A stretch of DNA of 64,000 nt, from positions 20,956,001 through 21,020,000 of the forward strand of contig OX597826.1 of the NCBI GenBank assembly GCA_951406725.2, in the 5' to 3' direction. Shown piece by piece: positions 44,671-59,058 of this stretch (the stretch's first letter is position 1; every line of letters begins with the position of its first letter). The stretch comes from Octopus vulgaris. Taxonomy: Eukaryota. A program made the translations under genes and the position numbers. The notes under the pieces are model-generated. The model had not been told where the DNA came from. It did no database searches and saw only the letters and a program-made list of their open reading frames with translations.

Positions 44671-45376
44671 CTTGCAAAATTCATCCTATAACAGTATTTC
44701 ACTAATCATTTACGATAGAATGTGACATCCCATACTCTATGAAATGACAAACTATGCCACATCATTCATACTATGAAGACATAGCCGTGTGGATAAGAAA
44801 TTCACTTCACAATTGCGAGGTTTCAGGTTCAATCTCCACTAAGAGAAAGTGGTTTCTAATGCAGCTTCGAGTCGACTCAAGCCTTCTTAGTGAAACCGGG
44901 TGTAATGTGAGAGATTTATCTGCTATTTCTGGCAGGTCAAACCACCACGTTGAAGCGTTCTCATGTCTGAAATTCAACACGTGTTCGATTATGGCCGACC
45001 GATCTCAGAGAATCTATAACGGAAAGAACTAATCTCAGATCTTAAAAATTTTTTTTTTTCCATTTCGTCACTATAAACCTACTCTTTCTCCGCCTCGCTC
45101 TTTCACTTCCCTTTTCTGTATTTCCCTCTCTGTCCCTCTTTTTACTTTCCTCTTCTCGTCTTCTTTCTCTTCCTCCCTCCCTCTCCCCCTCTCTATCTCA
45201 AGAGAGCAAATAGGTAGAATGGTTAGAGCATTGGAGCGAATGCATTGCGGTATTTGTTCTGAGTTCAAATCCTACCAACGTCATCATTTCAAGGTCGATA
45301 AATAAAGTACCAGTGCAATAATATATAATTCTGGTGTCGATAAATCGTTCTTCTCTTTCTTTTAATTCTTTCCTTC

Positions 45377-45439
<63 letters not shown>

Positions 45440-46976
45440 CTCCGCCCTCCTACTCCACCTTTCTCACAAAATCGACAAAACCCAACAAGGGGTTAAGCCC
45501 CGATTCCTGAACAAATTTATTTAAAAACTCAAAACCCGAACCAACAAATCCTTCGACAATTTCCTCAACTTCTTTTTATTAGCTCTATTCATTGAATTGT
45601 TTTTAAGTTATTGCTGTTGTTGTCGTTGTTGTTATTGTTGCTGTTGTTGATGTTGCTGATGTTGTTGCTGTTGTTGTTGTTATTGTTGGTGGTGTTGTTG
45701 CTGCTGCTGTACTTATTGTTGTTGTTTAGCCCCAGGTCAGCCCAGATTGAGCAAATTTAGAATCAAAGGTGTTTCAAAAGTAAAAAATGGTCTTCTTATA
45801 CATCTAGAACTACAATGCCTTGATTTGAGGCTATTTGGCTGCTGTGTCTGGGAAGCAGAATGCCTGTGTAGATTTTCTCATGATGGCTCATTCATTCATT
45901 GGACCACAGTCATACTGGGTTTTAGTCAAATTAATTGACCTCACTACTTTTCCCGTAATTTTACAGAGCTCCCACCCCCGGAGGAAGGGAAAGAATTTGA
46001 CCCGGGTGCTATTTGAACTTGATGCATAATGCGACGCTGCTAAATATGACAAAGCATTTTGTTCGACGCTCTACCAACCCTGCCATCCACCCAATTGTTT
46101 ATTATTAGACTAATCCAATTTACCTGCTATTATCGAACTAATCCAATCAATCATTGATCAAGTCCTGTCCCTCACAAATACTCATTCACTAATAAATATT
46201 TATGTCATCCTATTTTAGACGCCATCTTAAAAGCAAGGTTTTTCAGTAAATCTCCATTATTTTATTCAATATATAATCCATATTTCCTGGCCGATGAATA
46301 GAAACTTATTCTGAAATACGGCTACTAATTAATCTACATTGATAATTTATCAAATACGGCCACTAATTAATCTGGTTTTTCTATAAATTATATTTCCGGC
46401 CTATAATATCATTAACCAAGCAGGCCATTACCAACCTCGAAGTCGATGTCTTCGCTCAACAAACATTTTAAATATCTCGCTCATTATTTCAATGTTATAA
46501 ACTTTATCTACAAATTGCCAAATGGATTTTTGGCCATGTTGTTGCTGTTGCTGCTGCTATTGCTGCTGTTGTTGTTGTTGCTGCTGCTTTTGCTGTTGTT
46601 GCCTCAGATTACCATTCACTGAACAGATCAACGGCCAAAGACATTCCAGCAGTGACCATCCCGTCTGTTTCGACGTACTTTATAGTATTACACTGTCCAA
46701 TGTTCGTCTTCCTTATTTAAGACAATAAAGTGTGATTTGCAAGTACTTTGACTGTTATTACTAGCCAGTAGAGCAACTATGCAGAGGGGCCCTAGTTGGC
46801 CCGTACACTTTTAGGTAACCACGCTAGTATCTGGGGAACATCAGTTGTGTGAAGGCTTCTGCCCTTGGTGATGAGGGCGATCCTGGGATTGTAAGATTCC
46901 TTGATTAGTCATAGATGGCGGAGGGCCTCCTGTATCTAGACAATTGCATAATCAATGGGTTCGCATATTTTGCATC

Positions 46977-47295
46977 GTTGTCGTGGCACTCCGTCAGTTA
47001 CGACGACGAGAGTTCCAGTTGATCGGGTCAATGGAACAGCCTACTCGTGAAATTAACATGCAAGTGGCTGAGCACTCCACAGATACGTGTACCCTTAACG
47101 TAGTTTTCGGGTAGATTCAGCATGACACAGTGTGTGACAACGCTGGCCCTTTGAAATTCAGGTAGAGTGAGGGAAAGTTGTGGTGAAATAGTACAGCAGA
47201 GTTCGCCACCACCCCCTGCCGGTGTTTTCACTCAATAAACACTCAGAACGCTCGATCTGGGAATCGAAACCACGATCCCACGACCGCGAGTAACC
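46977..47295 (-). mobile_element. tRNA-derived SINE, further family
   Basis: Minus-strand head contains gtggtttcgattcccag (B box); body caagtggctgagcactccacaga has an inverted fragment near 21050. Confidence 0.7.
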
Positions 47296-48405
47296 CTTCA
47301 TTCTTTGATCGTATCTTACCATCTTTGCTTTCTTTGCAACGAGGCGCTGTTTCGGTTCCTCCACTACTACTTTGAGGCCCTTTCTTTCAATATTATATTT
47401 CCTTTTCAGCGCCCTGTATTTTTGTTAGCTTTTAAGCTCCCCTTTCTCTTTTCGGTCTAACACAGATTTCCTTCGAGAGCATGTCTAACCCTGCCTGGAT
47501 TCTTCTTTTCTACCATGGATCTTTCCTTTTGTCACTCCCATTATGTTTCCTTTTCTTGACATCGACACCCACATTTTCTGCTACAACAATACTTGCTGCC
47601 TTGATCAAATTATTTGTTTCTCTGATGTTGTTTGTTCTGATGTAATTCAGAATTTCATTCACATTTTTCGTTTCTTGGTTCAATTTCCATCGATCAACCT
47701 GTTTAAGGTTGCAAATAATGTCGCTACCGTTCTCCTGTAGTCTTACCTTTATTCTGTCGTAGATTGCCTTTTGTTCATCTGTCATGTCGCCATTAGTTTC
47801 ATCGTCTTCTTTTAGATCATCTATATGTCTCTCATCAAGTAAACTACCACTGCTCCTTTCCTGTGCTATGGGATTACTCTTATTAGTAAAAACTGTATTT
47901 TCATTCTTATCTATGCTGCTATTGTCCATGACCCGTCTTTTGATAGCTTCGAGTTCTACTGTGAACCAACAATTTTTTCTTATTGCTTTAGCTTGATCAC
48001 ATAGTCTCTGTTCTGTGAGTTGAAACAATCCCTTTTCCCTCCAATGATCATACATACGTTGTCGGTAACCCCTAATTTGAGTACCAGTTTCATCTACCGG
48101 GTTGCTCAGGTAGTAATACTCCATGACCACAGCATTAATTTGTTAGCTCCATATCCGCCGTGTGTGATGGTCCCTTTCTGGATATCGACAGGCTGGAGTT
48201 GGACCAGAATATCCGAGCCTACCGGGTGTAACACTGTCACCATCATTGGCTTCAGTTTCATTACCACCGTTATTCACAGTATTCTGTTTTTTCATTGTCA
48301 CTCATATGAGGTAGCGATTATCAGGTTGCGCAATTACCAGTGTTTTTATTGTGATATCCTCACTAGATATATCATTATGGGCCCATAAGGAGGCTCCACC
48401 CGTTT
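47296..48405 (-). mobile_element. R4/Dong-clade LINE 5' fragment (ORF N-terminus)
   Basis: GYRQRMYDHWREKGLFQLTEQRLCDQAKAIRKN ... DPW*KRR ... KQRLVAKKAKMVRYDQR, the recalled N-terminal motifs of R4/Dong ORFs; disrupted by stops. Confidence 0.8.
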
Positions 48406-48974
48406 CCTATCATTATTATTACTATTATCATCACTGATATCACTGGTATTATTGTTTTCATGTGAAGTAGCAGTGGTTGCAGCAGTAGCAACAGGCCGTT
48501 CAAGAATTTGGACCTGGGGATCTCCATTTCCAGCGACTTCCAGTGGTGTCGGGCGTCAACAAAGAGCCCTCGACTACAACAAGACGATCCAATTTTTTTT
48601 CCAAGGTCTGGGGGTCTCCCGCCCCTAAGCCCTAGACCATCACTTAATCACCTTTACCCGCTTAACACCAACAGCAACAGTAACAGTGGTTAGGGTAGTT
48701 GGGCCTCAGATTCCTGTGCTATCATAATAGTAGTAGTTGTAGTATTATTGTAGTATTAATAGTATTTAGTATCAGCAGCTGTAGCATATTATCATTATGT
48801 ATATTATTATTATTATTATTATTGCTGTTGTTGTTGTTGTTGTTCTATCATATCGCTCAATAATAAAGTCATCAGTGATTCTCGTTCTGTCACCGGATTC
48901 GTTATTTTTCTCTCCCAAATTGTTGTTGACGAATCTAAACATTTACTTTTGTTCATATTACAAATCTGTGCGCT

Positions 48975-49075
<101 letters not shown>

Positions 49076-49238
49076 TCATCGCTCCCTCTTTCTCCATATA
49101 TTTATATATATATATATATATATATACATGCATACTTAAATGCACACGTAAAACATGAATAGATGCATAAATATACAGACTTTTCTACATATCTATTTAC
49201 ATATATGTACATACTTACACGTATGTATGTATTATATG

Positions 49239-49294
<56 letters not shown>

Positions 49295-49554
49295 TACCAT
49301 ACACACATATACGTATATTGAACATACTGACATAGAAACGTGTGTGTGTGTGTGTTATTTGTATAAATAATGTAATTTAATAGATTATGCTTAAGCAGAT
49401 GCCTTAATTTCTAATGACATTGGCTACACACAAAATATTTATGTCAATATTATTCTTGATATTTAATAAAATTCAAATTAAAATCCAGTGTTATTGCTGA
49501 AAACGTTGTCAACGATTTAAAAATAACGAACTTGATGAGAACAAGAGAGAAAAT

Positions 49555-49587
<33 letters not shown>

Positions 49588-49735
49588 CAAAACATATGTG
49601 TACGTGTGTGTGTTTATATTATATAGATAGATATACGCATATATATATACATATATCTATCTCTCTATCTCTCTCTATGTATATGTATGTGTATATATAT
49701 GTACATACATGTATGTACATGTGTATATATATGTC

Positions 49736-49822
<87 letters not shown>

Positions 49823-50125
49823 ATTGAATAACGATATTGATTCTTCTATAAATCTTTTTCTTTTTTATTTGTAAAGCAAATAATATATTTCCTTAGTTTT
49901 GTCGCTGTCGTTGTTGTCGTTGTTGTTATTATTATTTTTATTATTTTATCATTATTATGTCAGCTTTTCTGCTCTTTGCGTTGTTGTTGTTGCTGTTGTT
50001 GTTGCTGTTTTTGTTGTTCTGATTGTTTTGTGACTGTTGCGCCGGTCTTGTCTGCCCTTCATTCAACCATCTGTGAGCCATTTCTGCTGCGAACTATTCA
50101 GTTATTATAATAACAATGATGATGC

Positions 50126-50183
<58 letters not shown>

Positions 50184-52065
50184 AGTGGTTATGGTGGTGG
50201 TGATGACAACGGCCGTGTTGGTGGGGAGGGAGAGGAAGGAAGAGGAAAAGAAGAGTTGGGAGAGGAAAAGAGGAGGAGGAAGAGGAAAAGAGGAGGAAGA
50301 AGAGGAAGAAGAAGCGCAGAAAGGAGAAGAGAAAGATGATAAGGACGGTGATGATGGTGATGATGATGATGGCGCATCGCATCATTCACAGGAGTGATCT
50401 GTACTCTGGAAATACATCTTCGCTAATAAAACTTGTTCATTCCCATGTTTTGTTGTTTCTGTTTTTGTTTTTTGTTGTTGTTCGGACGGTCACGTGTGCT
50501 GCAGGTAGAAGACAATTGTCCATCGTTCGTCGGTTGATCTGCAACATTATTCAGTCCGAGCAGTGATCCGTTCAGAGCACGCAACGACATTACTTTTCAT
50601 TGTTAATCATTTCTGCTGTTCGAGGAGAGCGAGACAACAACAAAAGGACGGAACAATACTTGAAAAACAAACACACAAACACACACAAAAAACACAGGAT
50701 CGACGTTGCTATTAAAATCTTAAAGGAATCACATCTTGAAACCAATTAAAACCAACGCATGTGTACTATTTGACCTGTTGATGTCTATCTCTTCATTTAG
50801 AGTTTGACGACTTTGCTAGGAGTAAGGTCAGTGTTTGAAAGAAAGCGGATAAAGTCGAATGGATCTTCGCCATTGTATAACTGGTATATATTTTGTGAAC
50901 CACAGGGTATGACGGTTAAAAGTAATTTCAACGGAATAATTCGAGATCTTAAATCCGTGAAACCGAAATAAACGAAACTGCATTTTTTTTCTGCTAATTC
51001 CATTGAAAGACTGTTTTTAATGTTTCGGATAAATTATCCTCGTTAAATGGTGGAAAAGAGAATCGCGAGATGTAAAAGAGTGTCCTGCAAAAATATTGGT
51101 CTTTTATAATCTGCAAGAACGGAATTCAAGATGAAAATAATTTCTCTCGCAGATTTAAGAAATATTTTGTTCCTTTTACCTAAAAGTTGAACGGACACAA
51201 TTTTAATACCTTTGATCAAAGATCTGGTCAGTCAGGAATAACCGTGGGTTAAACAACAACAACTTGACACTTCACCATCGTATTTAATGGCATTGTTAAA
51301 TGGACAAGAGGAACAAGCCTGATCCCGTTTTGGGGGTTGCAAAACTGGTGAAAGACGAGAAGAATTTCCCCTCAGATCTGAGTTAATAATACTATTAGTA
51401 GCCATGAACCAATTGCTGGAGTTTGTCTGAACGCCATCGTGGGCGGTAGTGGAGGGGTGGGGTGGGGTGTTAAACCGGATGATCGTTTAAGTTTGCTACA
51501 CAAGAACAAGAAATGATACTCCGATGCTCTACCATACAGTTTCTGTCTTTGAAATTACGCTTACACGACTTTGAAGAAAGGCTGTGCTTGACCAGATGTT
51601 GTGTGTAACCAGAGGCTGCGATAGAGACATTGCCCAAAGTGCTCTGCAATAATATCGAAACTGGAGCTACGTTGAATGATTAGAAGTTTTTATTTCTTTT
51701 TTTTTTTTTTTTGATAAAGGGACAGAACTCAAACAATACTACTCCACTTCCTTCGCTATCAAAATATTTCTGTTGTAATAAGGCGTCCCCGCCCCCAAAT
51801 ATTTCATATCGATTAGATTTTGATTTGAGCGTGTAATCGGGAGAAATGAATCGAAATGTCTTTTGTTCACAATTTTCATTGATCCCTAATCCTTCAATTA
51901 ATAAGGATTTCTGTTCATCTTTCCTTAAACTCTTCAAGAAAAGTTGTTATTTTTTCAACTACGAATGTTTCGCTTTGTTATTGCCGTTGTTGTTATAGCT
52001 ACAGTCTTGTTGATGTTGTTATTTTTATTATTGATGCTGTTGTTGTTGTTGTTGTCATAATGCAG

Positions 52066-52222
52066 TCTTGTTGTTGCTGCTAAGCAACCGACGTCTCCAC
52101 AGTATATAGAACCGACATCACTCCGGCCGGACATAGGCATTCCCTCAGAAGTGACCAAACCGCTAAGCACACACGAACTTACAGTGTTGCGGAACGAAAA
52201 CGAGGAACCAATGAGAAGAAAG
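52066..52222 (+). other. candidate exon of an unidentified gene
   Basis: Acceptor tgcag, donor aag|gtatgg, and an open frame LVVAAKQPTSPQYIEPTSLRPDIGIPSEVTKPLSTHELTVLRNENEEPMRRK; no recognised homology. Confidence 0.3.
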
Positions 52223-53104
52223 GTATGGAAACACCATGGAGGAGGTAGAAAATGATTTCGATAGGGGCGGGCAACTGAGGTTTTGCAGAGCCCTCACTTT
52301 AGAAGGTTTTCAAATAATTGGGATTTATACGGATGAAGAGGTCTAATCCATGGACTGTTGCTATCTTCGCTTGGTTAACCCTGATTGGGTCACCTGGATG
52401 AAGATCTCTCAAGTCGAAAGACCCAAACAATTACTGATGATCGTCCTAGTTCGTCCGGATCTATCTTGCATGTGTGTCTGTGTGTATGTGCGTGCGTGCG
52501 TGTGAGTGAGTACGTGTGTGTGTGTGTGCGTGAATAGGTGCATGTGTGTATACTCGCACACACCCACAAACTCTTCTATACATCTAGATACACACGCACA
52601 CACACATGTGTATGGCTACAAATGCACATGCACCGCACACTCGGACATAAACCGGAACTACGGGTTTAAGAAATGACCTGTTTAACCATATATCTGTACC
52701 ATTTCTATCAATATATTTGATAAACTTTTATAATCAATCAATGAATCTGTTCAAAATGTCGACCTTTTTCTACTAAGGTATTCCGCCATGTTTATTGTAG
52801 ATTCCAAAACTGTGATCACTAAAGAATTTATTGATTTCCCAAGATTCTAAAAGTTCTTATTAGCTAATCCCAGTTTATTTGAACTTCAACACATTATCAG
52901 GTTAATGAAATTCCAACAACTTTTCGCTTTTTTGTTGTGATTTTTTTCTTTTTCTTTTGTTCGTCTGAATCTCTTCCATCTTGGCTTTTTAGTTGTTAGG
53001 TTGATAGATCAGATTGCAACATATTTTGTCTTTCTTGCAATATTAATGCGAACCTATTAATCCGGCAATCAGTTTATCTATCACGAATGGATTAAACAAT
53101 AGTT

Positions 53105-53360
<256 letters not shown>

Positions 53361-53748
53361 GATAGAGTTGTTGGATCGGCTCGTAAGTCAATCGCCTTTT
53401 TTTATTGTTTATTGGAAAAATTTTGTTTCAAATTTTTCATACGAGGTGTGTAAGACACCCAGCTTTCATCTGGGTGTGTTTTCCGGAGGGGAATTTGCCC
53501 CTAGGGGCAATTTCAGCCCTGTTTTCATATAAAAAGTTTGCTTCTCCAGATTTTTACACATGTCGCCGAAGCGTTTCGTCTAACGCATAAGCGTTATCAT
53601 CTATCTGCCTGACGTTTTGTTTTTTCTTTCGAAGTTTTGAAGTTTTCAAGCGCCCAACTTTCGTTTGGGTATCTTTAAGTGTGGAATTCGCCCCTAGGGG
53701 CATTTTCATCACCCTTTTAATATCAAAGTTTATTTCTCGATAATAAAA

Positions 53749-55216
53749 ATGTCGAGAAATCTGATTGTTGAACAGCATTCGACACTATTCTCTGAAGAAG
53801 ATTTTCCCAGCCTAGGAATGACAGAAGGAAGAATAGACGATAACGTAAAGTCGAGAACAAAGTTTGAAAAAGACATTGCTGTCAACAACAAAGATATTTC
53901 TACAACCCTTGATAGCCCTGTCATCACCACCACCACCACCAAAACTATCACATCTACCACCTCCACTGACACAACAACCATTAACAACAACAAGAATAAC
54001 AACAACAAAAATGAAATTGATATAAATGTGCCTGCTATTTCGCAAGATTTGATTATCTCACCTATTACTGGTGAAGATAATATTAAGAAAACAAAATTAA
54101 CGTACCCTGGAAATGCTACCAACACTACACCAACTAACACTAATTTTGCTGCGGCAACAACAAACACACACAACGACAACAACTGTCAGAAGAGACCTTC
54201 TGTGAATTTGGCAGCACCCTACGACAAAAAAAAAAAAGAAATTTTACATTTCACAAATGAAGAGTTGGTGGAAACACGGTCACTCTTCACAACTTCTAGA
54301 CAAAATCTGATTCTGCACACACCACAACATGTAAAAGAAGACGTACAGAAAAGAACAATTCTATACAGAATTATTAGAAAAAAAACCCCCAAAAAAACAG
54401 AACAGATAACAAAAACGGATATCGAAAAATGTGCAAAAAATATCATGAAAATTAAAGTGTACATAAACTGGGGTCCCCAATTTAACACAGTATTGGTCCG
54501 CTTCCATGATCAGGAAGAGGCAAAAACTTACTCGATACAGACAATACAAAATGACGAACTCGTCATGGTCCCATACTACATGGGACAGAGAGTGAGTAAG
54601 ATAAAAATAAAGAATGCCCCGCCCGAAATCCAACCAAAATGGATAACATCGGCGATATGTTTTCATTTAAAATCGATTAAGATATTAGTAATCGCCGTTG
54701 TTAACAATGAAAATTGGACGGGGAAATCGATAGATGAAGCTTCTATCGAGAAATTACCAAATACCATTTACCTAGAGAATGGACAAAGCCTATATGTGGT
54801 GGCGGAGGGGAAAAAAACCACGTTGTTACCTCTGTGGCAGCCCAGACCACTTAATTGCAAAGTGCGTTTTTGCACATAAAAAACAAGAACATTTGCAAAC
54901 AAAACAGAAAACAAATAAAAAACAACCTTTGCTACCAAAACCACCAAACCAACGACTGATGCAAGAATTATATAGAAATATGAAACAACGCCAAGAACAA
55001 CAACAAACTAGCAAACAAAATCCAACAACATCACCAAGAAGAGAAACACCACCACCACGATTACCTCCGACGTCGCAACCAACTAAAGAAACAACACCAC
55101 AACCAACATCAAAATACAGACCAACACCAGCACCAAGAACGACAACTAAGAAAACAAATAACACTGACGAAAAGACATTTCAAAAGAAGAGGAAAACACT
55201 CAAACTTTCGAAATGA
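53749..55216 (+). CDS. Tx1 ORF1 (zinc-knuckle protein), +1 frameshift in the A-run near 54811
   Basis: CYLCGSPDHLIAKC fits CX2CX4HX4C. Copy 2 has one A fewer and reads through, giving a ~488-aa reconstructed ORF. Confidence 0.8.
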
Positions 55217-55282
55217 GTAAGTAACCTTCCCTCTCGTCTCTTTCAATGTCGTGTGTGAAACACAAATTTTTGACCATCAATT

Positions 55283-58200
55283 ATGCTTAAATTAGGTTGT
55301 GTGAATGTGCATGGCTTGGCGTCGGCTTGGAAGCAAGGTTACCTTCTAAATGACATCAAGTCACTGAACGTTGATATAGTAGCTATCAGTGAAACCAGAC
55401 TCAGTAAGCCGCGGGCCCTCGCGTCCATGTTTGGCGGTCAATTCGACATTTATTTTTCTCCCTGTCTGCCAAACATGGGTGGTGGTGGTACCGCGGTGCT
55501 TTTTCGAAAGAGTCTAAACGTAAAAGTAAGATCAATATTCCTAGAGGGTAGGCTGGTTGTCTTGGACGTGGATGGCAGAAATGGGTGTTCATTCCGTCTA
55601 CTGGCAGTTTATGCACCGTCCTTAACGGGTCGGGCGGATTTCTTCAGACGTTTAGAGGTTTTCCTAGGTACGTCTAGACCTTTACTGTTAGTAGGGGATT
55701 GGAACGCTACCTTGGACATGCATCTAGATTATGTGGGAATGGATAGGAATAGAAGGGGATGTAAGTGCCTCAAAGACCTGCTCAGACGTTTCCATTTGTC
55801 TGATAGGTTCCGACTCGACCATCCGAACGTGCCAACGTGGACTTGGACAAACCGCATCGGATCGTCGAGATCGTATCTATGCAGGACAGAGGATAGGGAT
55901 AGTGTAGGATGTCCACAATTTAAAATAGTCAGCTACACAGATCACAAATTTGTGACGTGTACGCTCGCCTTAGATAAGACACATAGACAGGGTCCCGGTT
56001 ACTGGAAACTGAACACATAGCTCTTAGAGCGACAGATTTACAGGAACCGGATTAGTGAGTTAATTAAGAGGGCGTTGACGGGAGCCATCGTTAACAACCG
56101 CTGGTGGTTTGCCCTGAAAATGGCAATAAAATCGGAATCAATTAGGTTTAGCAAGGAATTAGCGATAGATCGAGAGGGAGACTTGGTTAAGAAACTAGAA
56201 GAAGCACTTACCACTGGCAGCGCAATCAACGGGCTGGCTGCGAGGATGGCCCTCGACCAGCACCTCAACGCCAAACACGAAGGTTGCGTCGTCAGAGCTA
56301 AAATGCGTGCCTTAAGGAACGAAGGGATCGAAACTGCGCGAGAGGCCCGGGTAGCGGAGGCGCAACGTGGCAACAGAGCCACTATTCGGTCTCTAATAGA
56401 TCAATAGGGATGCAGTTTACTCGAACCCGAAAGGATGTGTGAGGCCTTTCAACAGGACTTTGCTCGACTGTTTGGTGCGAGTGGTGGGTTGGAACACGGC
56501 ATGGACTTCAGTGCCTACCTGACCGGTCTGCCGCGGCTCTCGGCAAGAGAAGCAGTGTATTGAGAGAGTCCCATCACAGCTGCCGACGTACGGGATGCGA
56601 TGGCGGGCTGCGCGAGAGATAAGTCACCTGGTTTGGATGGTCTACCCTACGAGCTGTATTGTCAAATGCCAGACTTGTTTGGCGACCTCTTGGCATCAGT
56701 CTACTGCAACTGGCAACAAAACGGGAGAATCCCCGGTTTCGTGAGCTGAGGTGCAGTGACGTTGTTGAAGAAAGACCCAAACAAGGGGAATTTTATAGAT
56801 AATTTCAAGCCCATCACTCTGCTCAACGCAGATTTGAAAATTTTGGCCAAAGTAATGGCCGAGGGGTTGGAGCTTGTCATCGGTAAACTGGTCGACAAGG
56901 CGCAAAGATGCCCCGTGCCGGGCAGAACCATACATGACAACATCGTGGACAGGGTAGTTAAGGATCCTGGTATGGGTGGGGCGCTGATCAATTTGGATCA
57001 GTCTAAAGCTTTCGATAGGGTCGATCATCGGTACCGGGCGGCCGTTCTCAGGGCGGCTGGCTTCGGTCCCGTCTTCCGCGGTTGGTTCGCTGCCTTGTAT
57101 AGCGGCATCCGATCGGTAATTCGGGTGAACGGTCACCTGTCGAAACCGTTTGACATCACGCGTTCGGTCCGTCAGGGATGTCCCCTGTCAGCGCTTCTGT
57201 GTGTATTGACTCTCGAGCCGCTACTGCGGAAGCTGGCGACACTGAAGGGCATCCCACGGGAACTGGGTTGCGGGACGAGCGTGTCGGCATATGCGGACGA
57301 TATCACCGTCATAGCGTCGAGCGAAAAGCACATCCAGATGATAGGCGAGACACTAAAAGAATACGAAACGGTGACGGGAGCGAAAATTAACCCGGAAAAG
57401 TCAGTGGGTTTGCTACTCGGCACCTGGAGAAGCAAGCCCATACCGTCCAACAGCAAATCAGTAGTGGGACGCTGGACGGACGGACCGGTTAAATTGCTCG
57501 GGGTCTGGTTCAGTCCAGACCTCTAAATGGATAAGAACTGGGATGAGATCACGAGTAGAGTGGTCGCTCTCAGTCAAACATGGGCCGAGAGAAAGCTGTC
57601 TCTAAAAGGTCGGGCGGAGGTGGCGAACGCGTACATCGCATCCATCATCGAGTACCGCCTGACCGTCGTGCCTTGTTCCGATGTTACCATCACCAAACTG
57701 GAACGCATACTCTTCCGCTTTCTGTGGAAGGGTGGCGTTCCGATGGTGAGGCGGTCCATTTGCTGTCAACATCCGTTAAATGGAGGACTGGGCATGCCGT
57801 GGTTGATGATGCGCAGGCATGCGCTGAGACTGCGACATCTCTGGAACTTCATCGACGACGGTGAACAGGTGTGGGCGCCGCTTGTGAGGCGCGCCTTCCC
57901 GCAGCTCGTCTCACTGACAGAACTTCAAACATGGTCAAAAAGAGACCGAAACTGGGCGATTGGCACCGAGAGTGTCGCCAAGCTCTGCTGTTCGGGATCA
58001 AACGTCTGCAATTTCTAAACGATCGAAGCGTTCTATAGAGGACTAGTGGAGGGGAGATCCGACGACACTCTCGGGGCAAAACTGGGCGTCAACGAGAAAT
58101 TCGTAACCCGCCTTCGCAGGACGACTTTCGGGCCGGGGCCTATGGATAACTTCTAGAGATCCCTGGTTTGGCAATGCTATCGGGACGCACTACCGGTTCG

Positions 58201-58662
58201 AGAGAAGAGCAACAGACACGGTTCGAAAACCACCGAACCGACCTGCCCGAGATGCGGTCAGAGCGACGAAACCGTTCTGTACGCACTCGTGCAATGTCCA
58301 GATATTTCAGAACCGTGGACCTTCATCGAACAGCTGTTGTCGCGTGTAGCACGGACCCGCTTATCGGCCGAGTCTATCGTGAATATTGTTCCGCCACCTT
58401 CCTTTAAACGGGAAGGAAAAACAGTTTTCATAACACTAATAGCTATGGCGAAAGAATGCGTGTGGTGGACGCGTTTGAAAGGCCTACAAACAAACACTTT
58501 CCTCTCTGTCAGTCTCTCGTCAACTTTTTCAAGTACCACTTGAAAAGGAGGATGAGAATAGAGAGGAAAGTATTGTCGAATAAAAGTTTCAATAAAAAAT
58601 GGGTAAACGTGGCAAGAATGGTCTGTATGAAAGACGACACCATTTTAAGCATAAATCTGTAA
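55283..58662 (+). pseudogene. Tx1 ORF2 (APE endonuclease, RT, C-terminal zinc finger), disrupted
   Basis: Motifs NVHG, ISET, VYAP, GDWN, TDH, WKLN, KSPGLDG, PITLLNAD, QGCPLS, YADD (57290-57301), CPRC. Stops at 56018, 56405, 56561, 56747, 57524 and 58154, plus 3' frameshifts. Confidence 0.93.
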
Positions 58663-58995
58663 CAAAAAGCGACAACGAGAGGTAAGGTACTTACTCATGA
58701 GTACATTTTGAACTGCCTGAGGTGACCTTGGCCTTTTTTGTAGGTTTTTCTTTCCAAGGCTACACCTAAACGATGAACAATATCGATCCCCCCCCTCTTT
58801 TTGGGGTATACTTTATATATTTCTTTTTTATACACCACATAACCCATAGATCCCCATTGATCGACTTTTTCTTTGTGTGTCCCACCCATCCCACCTTGAA
58901 AAGAAAAAACTCTACATAGTATTTCGTCAATTTTCTGTGTTTAGCCCTGTGTGGCCATAATAAAAACATATATGTTTATCTATCTATCTATCTAT

Positions 58996-59043
<48 letters not shown>

Positions 59044-59058
59044 TTTATATACTTATAT

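Larger units (their letters stand above)
53361..58966 (+). mobile_element. Tx1/L1-clade non-LTR retrotransposon, copy 1 (near full length, inactivated)
   Basis: 5' UTR, ORF1 with CCHC knuckle, ORF2 with APE-RT-zinc finger, 3' UTR with AATAAA at 58959-58964. Confidence 0.93.

Noticed and set aside
48505-48560. DLGISISSDFQW RT-like peptide
   Set aside because: Probably a tiny LINE relic; too short to classify.
56018-57526. Programmed readthrough or an alternative genetic code in ORF2
   Set aside because: All three stop types occur together with frameshifts and deletions; decay is the simpler explanation.
56038-58539. Antisense and alternative-frame ORFs within Tx1 ORF2
   Set aside because: Shadow ORFs of GC-balanced coding sequence, with no recognisable motifs.
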